Of a DNA stretch of 64,000 bases, positions 50,110 through 61,899 are shown piece after piece. The notes beneath the pieces were generated by a model. It was not told where the DNA came from. It saw only the letters and a list, made by a program, of their open reading frames with translations, and did no database searches. The stretch lies in the NCBI GenBank assembly GCA_026770705.1, contig JANJGN010000026.1:34348001-34412000 (forward strand). The letters are read 5' to 3'. The stretch is from Isurus oxyrinchus (lineage: Eukaryota). Each line of letters begins with the position of its first letter. Position 1 is the first letter of the stretch. The position numbers and the translations under genes were made by a program.

Positions 50110-50645
50110 AATGAGGGTGGCTGAGTGACAGAGTGAGGGTGGGTGATTGAGTGAGTGAGGGTGCGTAGGTGAGTGAAGGTGTGAGTGAGGGTGGGTGGTG
50201 AGTGGGCGTGGGTAGGTGTCTGAATGTGGGTGAGTGAGGGTGGGTGATTGAATGAGGGCAGTCGAGCGGCTGAGTGAGGGTTGGTGGGTATATGAGGGTG
50301 GGTATGTGAGTGAGGGTGAGTGGGTGTGTGATGGTGGGTGGATGAGTTATTGAGTGTCAGTGAAGGTAGGTGACTGAGGATGGGAGGGTGAGTGAGGGTA
50401 AGTGAGAAAGGGTGAGTGAGTGAAGATTAGAGTAATCGATAGTGAGTGATTGAGGGTGAATGAAGGTGGGTGAGTGGGTGAGGGTGAGTGAGAGTGAGTG
50501 AGGGTGGGTAAGGGAGTGAGATTAAGTGATGGCGAGTGAGTGAGGGTGGGTGACTGAGGGTGATTGAGTGAGTGTGAGTGAGGATGAGTGAGTGAGGGTG
50601 AGTGAGTGATAGTGAGTGAGGGTGAGTGATTGTGAGTAGTGAGGT
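50110..50645. repeat. (GTGA)/(GAGGGT)-type simple repeat, G-rich on the plus strand
   Basis: Repeated GAGTGAGGGTGGGTGA. Confidence 0.9.
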
Positions 50646-51197
50646 TGTCCAGGTGCTGTAGGCTCATCAAGGTGATGTTTCTCTGGATGATTTTCTGCTC
50701 CAGCTCAGCTATCCATTGCCTGTTGCCGAGCTGGGGGCTCCTCCATTCGGCTCCACCACCTCCACCTCCTCCTCTTCCTCTCTATAGATCCTGTCTTGAT
50801 TCTCCATGTTGATCAGCTTTCAGTAACACTGGCTGTGTAAAGTCAGGCAGCAGTGTAGATCGCTGACCAGCTGCCAATTCCTTTCTTTGAGAAACCCGTG
50901 TCAGTGCACGAATAGGCAGACTGAGGGGGCTGGAGGGGAAGGTTACAACAAAACCAGGATGGGCCGTGCATGCATCTTGCACCAAGTGTGCACCAGTATT
51001 GGGGATCCAGGCGGCCGTGGTCTCCTTCACATCCCTCCCTCTTTCTTGTTTCTTTGCATTTGGTTCAACATTTGGAAATTCTCCACATATATAGTGATGT
51101 CACCTGCGTAAATTCATTTTACCCAAAAATGCATCAGAAATGGAACAAAGAACATGCCTGCAGCTTAACGGATTTTCTTTCCAAAATTAGCATATTC

Positions 51198-51355
51198 NNN
51201 NNNNNNNNNNNNNNNNNNNNNNNNNNNNNNNNNNNNNNNNNNNNNNNNNNNNNNNNNNNNNNNNNNNNNNNNNNNNNNNNNNNNNNNNNNNNNNNNNNNN
51301 NNNNNNNNNNNNNNNNNNNNNNNNNNNNNNNNNNNNNNNNNNNNNNNNNNNNNNN
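51198..51355. other. Assembly gap (158 N)
   Basis: Run of N. Confidence 1.
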
Positions 51356-52330
51356 GGGAGTATAAGTGTGAAAGTGTCTGAGATAGAGAAATGTGTGTGC
51401 GAGAGAGAGAGCATGTGTGTGACAGAGAGAGCGACTGTGTGTATGTGAGAGAGAGTGTGCACAGGGGTGTGAGTGATATGTAGTATAAGTGTATGAGACA
51501 GAGAGTGTGTGTGTGGGAGAGAACGAATGTGTGAAAGAGAGAGCCAGTGTGCGTCAGAGAAAGAGAGTGTGTGTGAGAGACAGAGAGAATGAGACAGAGT
51601 GCGTGTGTGTGAGGAACAGTGTTTGTATGTGTGAGAGGGAATATGTTTGTGATTCTGTGTGCATGAGAGAGAGAGAGAGAATGAGGATGTGTATGTGTGA
51701 GAGAGTGTTATGTTTCTGTGTGTGAGAGAGGGGGGAGAATTGAGAGTGTGTATATGTGTGGGAGAGAGGGTGCATGTATGTGAGAGAGTGGGTGTGTGTA
51801 AAAGAGAGAGAGAGAGTGTGTGTGTGTGTGAGAGAGAGTGTTATGTGTCTATGTATGAGAGAGGGGGGGTATTGAGAGTGTGCATGTGTGTGGTAGAGAA
51901 GGTGCATGAATGTGAGAGAGAGTGGGTGTGCTTAAAGCAGAGAGAGCTTGTGCGTGTGTGTGTGTGAGAGAGAGAATGCATGTGTGAGAGTGCATGTGTG
52001 AAAAAGAAAGAGTGCATGTATGTGTGAGGGAGATAGTGTGCACATGTGTGCACAGTTCAGAGAGTATGTGTTTGAGAGAATGTGAGTGTCTGTGTGAGAG
52101 TGTTTATGAAAGAGAGGCAATGTGTGAGAGATAGAGTGTGTGCGTGTTAAGGGGAGTTTGTGTGTGTGTGAGAGAGAGTGTAAGTGTGTGTATGTGTGAC
52201 AGAGATAGAAAGAGAGGGTGTATGTCTGGGAGAGAGAGTGCATGAGAGAGTGTCTGTGCATGTGTGAGAGAGAGCGTGTGTGACAAAGAGAGTGAGCGAG
52301 TGAGGGTGTGTGGTAAAGAGACTGAGTGTG
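51356..52330. repeat. Mixed (GT)n/(GA)n microsatellite tract
   Basis: Low-complexity GT/GA sequence next to the gap. Confidence 0.95.
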
Positions 52331-52929
52331 CCGAGGTAGATCAGCCATGACCTTACTGAATGGAGGGCAGGATCGAAGGGCTGAATGTCCTCCTCATGCT
52401 TCCATTTATGTCATTCATTCCTCCCACTGCAGGCGGCAATCCAATGACTCAGTTTTTGATGGCGTCTCCTTTTCCCCAAATCCCCCACGGCTGGTTATTT
52501 GGAGCGGGAGTCTGGTCATTATCCATTTCAATCATTTAAATAACTCTCAGCCTCTGAGCAGATCAGAACAGGCGCTGCTCTCTGGAGCCTCACTGTCACT
52601 CCCTGATTCTGTTTGTTCTGAAATTGTGCTCAAGTTCAGCTCACTCACGTTCAAGGACTTTCTGATACTCAAAATGCTTAAACATAATTAATTTATTAAA
52701 ATTTATACATGTTCTCTGCAGAAATATTGTTAAAAACAATTAATGTGCATCATTTCAGCCGAGCAATGGAAAAATTTATTTTCACAGATCTGACCTGAGA
52801 ACTCACAGCCAGTTAGTTCGATGCTGATTCAGTTTGTTTGACCTCTGCGGAGAGAAGACTCCCAGGTAAGGAACAGGAAAAGTTAAAATATGGATTAAAG
52901 CCCCCACTCCTCCCCCAGTACACCCTTGT

Positions 52930-53682
52930 CATCAGCTGCAATGGCGGGATTCAACAGAAAGCCAACTCTCCACTGAACTGTCAAACTCCGGGTCAGGTAC
53001 AGCACTGGTTTGATATAAAATAAAACTCTCTCTACATTGTCCCATCAAATATGCCCAGGAGAGGTTCAATCCCTTTTTGATATAAGTGCTGTGCCGCAGG
53101 AGCCGGTCAGAGGCTGGGAATTCTGTGGCAAGTAATTCCACTCCTATCGCCAAAAGAAAACTGACCATCTGCAAGGCACAAGTCAGGACTGGGATTGAAT
53201 AGTTTCCACTTGCCTCAATGTGTGAAACTTCAAAAAAACCCAAGAAACTCGATATTATCCAGGACAAAGCAGCCCACAGAATTGGTACCCCATCCACTAC
53301 CTGAAACATTCACTCCCTCCCCCACCGACGCACAGTGACAGCAGTGTGTGCCATATACAAGATGCAATGCAGCAACTCGCCAAGTCTCCTTTAGAACCCG
53401 CAACTTCTCCTAACTAGAAGGAGAAGGACAGCAGGTGTTTGGAAACACCACCACCTGTATGTTCCCCTCCAAGACACTGAACATCCTGAATTGGAACCAT
53501 ATCACCGTTCCTTCAATGTCAATGGGTCAAAATCCTGGAACTCCCGACCTAACAGAACTGTGAATGTACTTGCAGCTACTCAAGGAGGTGGCATTTCAAC
53601 ACTTCCTCAAGGGGTACTTAGGATGGGCAACAAATGCTGGCCTTACCAGCGACCCCAACATCCTATGATGGGATTAAAAAAA
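52930..53682 (+). mobile_element. CR1-group LINE 3' fragment (partner of the SINE family)
   Basis: Degenerate LTICKAQVRTGIE*FPLA..KLDIIQDKAAHRIG C-terminus and the tail shared with the SINEs. Confidence 0.7.
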
Positions 53683-56600
53683 GATACAGGTTAATTTCTC
53701 CCTCCGCATTGTCCAACCAAATAGGTCAAGATTTAAAACTGGATAAAACTCTCTCTGCATTGCCTAACCGAACACTCCCAAGACAGATACATCACTGGCT
53801 TAAAATCAACCAAATCTCCTTCGACAGTCTGTCTGTCATTTCTGAACTGTCCTTTCTGACTGTCACAATGGGTTGGGTATCTCATTTCTGACACGCCTGG
53901 TCAAAAAGTCAAACTTTCACATTTCTCACAAATACAAGTTTTGTGAAGAAATAAATCAAATTGCACTTCCTGAAATCCAGCAGAGCGAAGCAGAAGGTTT
54001 ATAACTAGTCAGGAAGATTCCTGGTCCCAGCACAGTGACCACGTGCACAGAAACAGAACAGAACAGGCACAAATGGTGCAACAAGCGAGTTCCCAGCAGA
54101 TAGATCTGTTCAATCTGTCCATTTCACTCAAGCTGTTTGATTCTAATTGATCAATGGTCAATTTGCTACAATTATTCTATGACTTCTTCGAAATGAAAAA
54201 TGATTTTCATTTCAAAATTCCCTTTGAAGTCCTTCTAATTCTTCGTCTGACTCAAATCTCCAAACAATGTAAGATTTAAGTTACCCTGAAAATGAGCACA
54301 GCAAATACTACAGATTCAGGATAATTAGTTGTCCGTAAAAAAGACTTAATGACAGGGTAAGAATTAAACAAATCAGGAAACATTCACATTGAAAATCGAT
54401 TACCCACTGATTTGATTTGATTTTAGGTACAAATATAACCAATAAAAACATCAAGACGAAACACCTTATCGAGCTGAACACAGCTGAGTAAGAAAAGTAT
54501 TCTTTTCTAAATTCATTTTGGATACAATTCAAAATTCTCTCCACCCTTTGAGATTTTGCATTCACTATAATGTCCAGTAGACTATGTAATTGTTGGAGTT
54601 CATTTATGTTGAATTGATTATCACTATTATTATATTGTAAGTTAATTATCTTGTTATTGTCAATTCATTTTCTTGTTAGCTGATTTCTACTTTATAATGA
54701 AAATAGTTTTCAATAATTGAAAATTTGTTTCTCCCTGGTACTTTGTCAAATAATTGTGGTTTATTTAAATCAACCTGATACTGAAACAATGTTGAACAAT
54801 AAACTTCAAATTACTAGATGGTAACATTCAGGCAAGTATATCAATTTTACTTAAATCTGATCAATATTTACTACTTTATTTTTACTTCTCCTGCTCTGTT
54901 TAACGGACAAAATTGTAAACTATGTGTTACTGAACGGATTGAGAAATCATAAATTCCATCTATTCTCATCAATTAATTCACACTACAAATTTATGAGTTG
55001 AATATTTGAAACACTTTCAAATCTGGCCGGGGTCACATCACATTAACTGTCTATGAGGTGTAATATCATCTGTTTGCTGAATCAAACTTGCCTTAACTCC
55101 AAGCTATATGTAAACAAGTGTTCCTGGCAGTTACTTATTATCAATAAAAGTGCTTCCTAGATAACAATCCCTATAATTTAATTGTTAAATATATTGTTCA
55201 CTGAAATAAGATCCAAATTAATCAGTACAATTTGATGAGAATAATTCATTCAGATCATCTGCGCCACTGAAATGTAACCGGCAAATTGATTCCAGATATT
55301 GTTCTTCAATTTAATATTTAAAAAGAATTAAGCATGAATCTCAGATATAATCTGTTCTTCTCCTATAATTCTATCCTGTGTACAGCACAGCTATGGCAGA
55401 TAGAATGTTGTTATTAAGTTCAAAACTAATACTAATATTTGCCATTAAATTAATCTGTTCGAGTTTCAAGCTTTTACTTGTCAGTCTCTATTCATATGTG
55501 GTCTGCACCTTCCTACAGTTCAAAAAATGTAAGAACAATTCTTTTACTGCCAGCGAATTAAACCCCCCACTAAACTGTTTAAAATTAGATAAGTGACAAT
55601 TCTGTCGCTTTCCAAATCCCAATGACATTGAAGGAATAATATGGTTACGGCTGCACAGAAAGAATGTAATAACAGAATAGACAGACTGCCAAACTGCAAT
55701 ATCAAATTCCTCTTTAAGTCAATGCAAATGTTATCATGGACATAAAAAAAAGTAATTCAAAATCTCTTTTGAAACTCAACAATTCTGTAGAATCAGTATA
55801 TTCTTACTGAAATTTTTTCATGCATAATCACAAAATGTTTCCATCCTAAAAACTTTTCCGATCATGTTAATTGTGCGCAGAGCACAGCAGAATTGTGAAA
55901 GGCGATTAATGATCAATTAGGTTAATATGAAAAATGTTCCGTCAATATGGAGAAATATTACCGCATTATAATTGTTTGAATAGTATTAATTTTACTCTAC
56001 AATTTGAAAACTTGGTAATTGTATAGTTTCTGATTGCAGTAACGAATTATGTTCTGAATGAGCGTCATAATCCATGGTTTAGTTTAATCTGCAATTACCA
56101 CTTAAAATAAAGACAAAATGTTCTAACACATCTTTAAATGTTTTTTTTACCAATTTCTGAAGCCTGTTTGTTTTCTGCCTACAATCGCGCTTCAAGCAGA
56201 TACAAACGCGGAGGCTGCTTCGATTCGATCGCAAAACGTGTAACCGCTCAATATCACCTAGTTTAAACAAAGCAGAAACGATGCAGAACCGCCAAACCGT
56301 TTCATAAATTCTACTTGTTCAAAGTCACCCAGGCACACAATCTCCTCAGCAGAAAACAACAAAATCACATCACTGAGGGGCTGAAATCCGTTCCATGGAG
56401 AAGCCGCTCAATTCTACAAACACTTCCAACAGAATCCAATGTAACATTGCAAGAAAATCTCAATATCGAATCCAGACAACCCGCTCGTCACCAAATGAAT
56501 GAATAATTAAACTAAACAGAAATATGGAATAATGTCAAAAGCATTGCGAGTAGGCGGAACATGTTCAATAAATTAACATTGAAACAAGCATATTTTGTTA

Positions 56601-56987
56601 ATATTGGGTTTGATTTCAAACCTATTTAAACCGTTGTGCAGTACACGGTAAAACCCGCAGCCATTAGATGTCACCGAGATTAAACATTGCAGAAACGTCA
56701 AACTGTTTTTACAAATGTTAGATATTTCAAGTAGCCCGGCCACACAGTATCTTCAGCAGATAAACACAAAATCACAACAACCAGGGTCTCAATCTCTCAG
56801 CAGCACTTTTCACCAAGACACAGCGGAATTATATAATTCAATTTCAGCAGAATCACATGACACATTGTAAAACATTCTGCACACAGAATCCACCAAACCC
56901 AGGTTTCATTGGCTAAATGAATTATTAAAATAGACAAAAAAGCAAAGACTCAAATAAAACATGACCAAATAAATGTGTGGTTCTTAC

Positions 56988-57035
56988 CGGCAGTCACTGT
57001 CATCATGGTCCCTTTCCCCCAGTAGCCCATAGCGT
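56988..57035 (-). CDS. IGHJ: JH segment (AMGYWGKGTMMTVTA)
   Basis: WGxG motif and GTAAG donor at 56987. The 5' RSS is CACAGTG (57036-57042), a 23-bp spacer and ACAATAACT (57066-57074). Confidence 0.96.
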
Positions 57036-57431
57036 CACAGTGTTACATTCCCTGGGCTGTGCCATACAATAACTGTCCCTGCACCAAAAAGACAGAAATC
57101 CACCATTATTTTAAATATTCATAAGCCAGAGGCAAAGTAAGATCACGATGAATCTTCACGAAATTATATTTGCTTTTGTGGATATCTTTAGCTATTCATC
57201 AATGATCCTCATGTTTTATAATTCACAGAATAACGCATGAACATGTTATTGAATTCACCAACTGATGAATGGATAATTATCACGGCTTTTCCATCTTAAA
57301 CCACGTTTTTTGGGCAGTGCTGGACAGAAATAATACTTCATTGTAAATATAGCAGGATTGTAAAAGCGAGCACTGACCCAGGCAGACTCAATTAGTGCTG
57401 AGGGGTTTTTGCATTGTCAGTAACTGCTGTG

Positions 57432-57444
57432 CCATCCAGTATAT
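57432..57444 (-). other. IGHD: DH2 segment ATATACTGGATGG flanked by 12/12 RSS
   Basis: Plus strand reads GGTTTTTGC (57404-57412), 12 bp, TGCTGTG (57425-57431), D, CACAATG (57445-57451), 12 bp, TCAAATACT (57464-57472). Confidence 0.92.
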
Positions 57445-57825
57445 CACAATGAGAGACACCATGTCAAATACTGTGGCAGACTGTTAACTGTAAATACAGA
57501 GATTTAATCTCACTGCGCTCTCAAAAACCAGATTCCGACACGCCTAAGAGTGAATCAGTGAGATATTTCAGCTTGTGCTGAAATTTATATTTATATTTAT
57601 AAATGTGATTGGAGTTCTTTAAAGCCTCTGTGAAGATTTAGCGTGTCCGTAAACACAAACAAAGCGGAAGACTTTTATATATTTTTACAAACCAATATTA
57701 CTTATACCCATTATTTTATTTAGCTCCCATTTTCTTTGACGTTTCCTGTTGTGATCGTGATCACCAATTTGAACAAACTCCTTCTGAGGTTTTTGTATGA
57801 GGATGTCGCTGTGCACAGCACTGTG

Positions 57826-57842
57826 ACTCGCTGCTGTGGTAT
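57826..57842 (-). other. IGHD: DH1 segment ATACCACAGCAGCGAGT flanked by a 5' 12-RSS and a 3' 22-RSS
   Basis: Plus strand reads GGTTTTTGT (57788-57796), 22 bp, CACTGTG (57819-57825), D, CACGGTG (57843-57849), 12 bp, ACAAAAACT (57862-57870). Confidence 0.94.
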
Positions 57843-58231
57843 CACGGTGAAATACAACCGCACAAAAACTTCACCCACTCTCTATTCAGTGCCGCCTCTC
57901 AATATTCACTTCAAATAGATGTTTACCTCTGATCTAGTTTAGTATTTATGCAGCAATTTACAAAATTCAATGAACAGTGATCCCCTCCAAGTATTAAAAT
58001 GAACATTATATCCAGGTCTGTAATTGTGGAAACTGTTAACAGTAAATATAAACACAGCCAAAAGCTCAGCTCATTATATCAATTGGTTTGTTAGGTTTTT
58101 CTGCTAACTTTGCTGTCTTAGTTTTGTCAGAAGCGGCTTGTTGTCGGCTTCTGATCATTACAGTTAATATCACATTTAAAACAAGTACTTACCGTCAGGT
58201 TACGATGGAAGTTATTGAGTTTCTCTCAATC

Positions 58232-58270
58232 TGTTCTTGTTCGGGTCCAGCCCTGGTTCCTCTCGCTGTG
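58232..58270 (-). promoter_or_regulatory. VH 23-RSS
   Basis: CACAGCG (58270-58264), 23-bp spacer, ACAAGAACA (58240-58232). Confidence 0.92.
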
Positions 58271-58575
58271 GTCTGCTGCACAGTAATAGATGGCGGTGTC
58301 TTCAGCCTTCAGGTTCGTCATGTCCAAGGAGAAGATGTTTCTTGAAGTGTCTTTGGACGCAGTAAATCGATCTTCAATTGCTGGGGCATAGTTGTTGATG
58401 GATGAACTATAGTAGCTAACCAACCACTCCAGCCCCTGTCCGGGAACCTGTCGGACCCAACACATGAAGTTGCTGCCAAGATCGAAGCCGCTGGTTTTAC
58501 AGGTCAGTCTCAGGGAGCCTCCGAGACGCCCAGTCTCTGCCTCAGGCTGAGTCAACACAACATCCGACTGGACAC
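58271..58575 (-). CDS. IGHV: VH exon (open frame)
   Basis: ttttacAG acceptor. Encodes (R)[101 protein letters not shown]. Confidence 0.97.
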
Positions 58576-58711
58576 CTGTAAAAATATATCAAAAACCCCG
58601 AGGATTAATCCTGTTGAAAGGATTCCAGGCTCTGTAACATTCCAGAGAGAGAGAGAGAGATTAACACTGAGACAGTAACAGTGAGAGATTTGGGGAATAA
58701 AAACTACTCAC

Positions 58712-58757
58712 GGGATAAGATAGTCAGTAACAAAATGAGAGAAATCGCCGACCTCAT
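58712..58757 (-). CDS. IGHV: VH leader exon (MRSAISLILLLTILS); alternative upstream ATG at 58769
   Basis: 46-nt phase-1 exon encoding a hydrophobic signal peptide, GTGAGT donor at 58711, 136-nt intron. Confidence 0.92.
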
Positions 58758-58799
58758 CCTTCTGGTCATTTGGGGAAAATGGTTCTGTCCAGAACTCAG

Positions 58800-58975
58800 T
58801 GAACAAACCAGCTCCCGGACTGTTGGATTCCGGCCCCAGTGAGCGGCATTTAAATACCCGGCAGAAGGGGGCGGGTTTCCAGGCGCCGCCTGTTGATTCT
58901 CTGGTGGAGGCGGCGAGTGGATCCACACACCACCTCCCACATCCCCAACAGAATGGACTCAGATATTTACATTAG
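58800..58975 (-). promoter_or_regulatory. VH promoter
   Basis: TATTTAAA at 58849-58856, GC box GGGGGCGGG near 58867, CpG-rich, and no consensus ATGCAAAT octamer. Confidence 0.7.
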
Positions 58976-60599
58976 GTTATTGTTAAAAGTGGACATTTTA
59001 TTTGTATCGGGATATTTGGCTGAATGGATTTATTGTAATTGGCTCTAATGGTGAAATTCCAGTTGAACATCTGTTAATAAAAAAACTAATTCCATTGTAA
59101 ATTAAGTCCATTTATGTCTACACTACCTCACATAAGATGGAACCTAAAAAATTAAATTATATTATCAGGGAATAAAGGGACTGTCAGCCTGTTTTGCAGC
59201 AACTCTGGGTCTCTATATTACTACACAATAAAGTGTCATCAGTCATAGGAATTATTATTGATTTGTGTAACTAAATGCGGCGGATGAACAAGGTGATTTT
59301 ATTTACAGCCAGGGTGGCTATCGCTGTACAATTTGGGTTCGGAGATAAGAAGAATCTCCTCACATTATACAATGTAGCTCCTTGCATTTCTCTAACTGCC
59401 CCTGACCCTAAGACAGCCCTGTGAAAATTAGCGGAAAAAGAAGCCCGCCAGCCTGATAATTAAACAGTGAGTTGACAGAGAAACGTAAAATTTACATCAG
59501 CTTTTGACAGAGAAATTAATGAATCAGAACGGACACGGAGATCAGCAAAGTTATCCTTCAGCATCCAAATCATTGCAGCTAATTTCATTGGCCTCTCGCT
59601 GTCTACCATTCACTGGTGTTGGGAACACAGGATATCAGGACTTTGCGGCATATTACAACTGTACAGTACACGGTGCTAATCAGGTATTAGAGATTCTTCA
59701 GGTTAAATGAGGTGCACACTCAGAATATTCAAGGATTTCCTGCGGGTTCAAGACAAATCTGCTATTTTCTTTTAATTTCTTGTAATTTTTTGCCACTCTA
59801 CTCATCTCATTCGACTGGTGGGGTCGGCGAGTGGAGGGGTGGGGGGTGGGGGTGGTGCGGTGGGTGGGGGTGTTGGGACCATCAACATCACTCTCTCGCT
59901 CTTCATGGAGTCCTTAATAAACCGGCTTTAATAACTGGAATGCCCTTTACTTAGAAATAACTTAAATTAAATAGTATATGGTCAATTTCCTGATCGTGTT
60001 TAATCTCACAGTGAATACGGCATTCATCAAATATTTCCTTCGATGAAATACCATTTAAAAAGTGCTTTTCGTGTGTGTCTGATACATTTATTGTTTGAAT
60101 GGCTAAATCCCATTTTCTTCATTCGTATCCAGGCTAATATGCCCCACATAGTATTTGGCATCAAGCCAGCCGGCTGCACTCAGGGAGGCTCGAATGTCCA
60201 ATGTTGTTTACAGGAAGCATCTGCGGGGTTGTGCAGTAAATGAAAGATCTGTTTCCTCAGCACTGACCGCTTGGCTGCAAGTCAACTTCAAACCCTTAAC
60301 ATTGTCAACAAGGCCTATTTATAACAAATCTACCCAGCAACAGCACTGGAGTCAGTTTTTTTTTTAAGTGAACCTATGTGAACTGTTCCAATCCCTCAGG
60401 AAAGAAAAGTTATCCAGCTTCCCTGACACCCTGTTAGCATCAATAGCTCATTGGAGGATCTCTCCAACACATCATAATATTGTGATGGATGGATGGATAG
60501 ATGGAAAGAATTGCAGGCAGATTATCAGAGAGGACTCAGAGAGAGGCTACATTTTGTTACAGTCAAACATATAAAGCTGTGTGATTTTTTTTGCGTCTT

Positions 60600-60980
60600 T
60601 ACTCTTTCAAGGGATTTGGGAATCACTGGCAAGGCCAGCATTTGTTGCCTGTCCCTAATTGCCTTTGAGCTGAGTGCCTGGCTAGGCCACTTCAAAGGGC
60701 AGTTGGCGTCCACCATATTGCTGTGGATCTGGAGTCACATGTAGGCCAGACTAGGTCAAGTGGCAGATTTCGTTTCCTAAAGGACATTAGTGAACCAGAT
60801 GAGTTTTTTCCACAATTGATGATAGCTTCACGGTTCCCTTCACTGAGACCAGTTTTCAATCCTAGGTTTATTGTTGAATTTAATTTCCACCAGCTGCCAT
60901 GGTGGGATTTGAATTCGTGTCCCCAGGAGAATAGCTTGGGTCTCTGGGTCCAGTGACAGGAATACAACACCACCGTCTGC
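60600..60980 (-). mobile_element. tRNA-derived shark SINE, near full length
   Basis: Reverse complement of the 37680-37995 body, plus A/B-box head and the LINE-shared tail. Confidence 0.8.
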
Positions 60981-61758
60981 CAAAGAATGGAGGGATGGCT
61001 ACAGTGATGTGGGAAATGAATGGTAGTTGGATGCCTGAACATTGTCATTAAGGGATCAGTGAATGAACTGATCGATAGGCGCGTCTGGAAGATGCTGTTC
61101 TACCTTCTCATCTTGATATTTGACTATTTCATACCTTGAAGCAGGTCCAGTTTTTCATTTGTATCAGTCTAATACCTTCAGTCTCCCCAGATTTTCTGGA
61201 TGTATTCCATCCTCAGGTTAACAAGCTGAACTTCACCAAGAGAAGGATGGAGATGTCCCTGAGGTACTGATGAATCTTCCCTGCTGATGGGGAATCATCA
61301 CCTTTCAGACAGAAAGCGGGTGCATAATTCGGTTTAGGACGGAGGATTGTAATATTTGGAAGATGTGGTACTTCCATGTAAAACAAAGCATTCAACATAC
61401 CCTCACCCAAATTAGCGAAGGTAACAAACATTACTCACTGGAGAGGCGCATTAACTTACAGTCAGGTCCAGGTAGTTTTATTTATACTATCACTTTATAA
61501 ATCCTCAAACGCTGCAGTTATATATCAGGAGTTTCTGCGTGATGATAAATTGGTTACCTGTCAATAAAGTGCAGAGACTGCTAGGTAACTGCTCATTATC
61601 CTCGGTCCGATTTAATTCTATTTCCCAATGAATTCTGGGACAGATGTGATTCCTTGCTGACAGAATGGTCAAGATGATCTCAATCAATGTTAATGATATT
61701 AAATGAACCAGAATTACATTTTGTATGAAATAAAATTCTGAAAATGATTGGTACATGC

Positions 61759-61853
61759 AATTATTTATCTTTGTGAATGGATGAAAATTCGTGAATATAA
61801 TTATTTATCTTCATGAATTGATAATAATTGGTGTATATAATTATTTATCTTTC
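61759..61853. repeat. 40-bp AT-rich tandem repeat, about 2.4 copies
   Basis: AATTATTTATCTT recurs at 61759, 61799 and 61839. Confidence 0.85.
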
Positions 61854-61899
61854 TCAGCCTTTACGACCTTCTTCTACTCTGCTAAAAGATAAGATCCGT

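Noticed and set aside
38500-58900. IgNAR, IgW or germline-joined IgM1gj identity
   Set aside because: Four C exons with a mu-type CH1 and tailpiece, a full VH with CDR2, and two unjoined D segments indicate conventional IgM.
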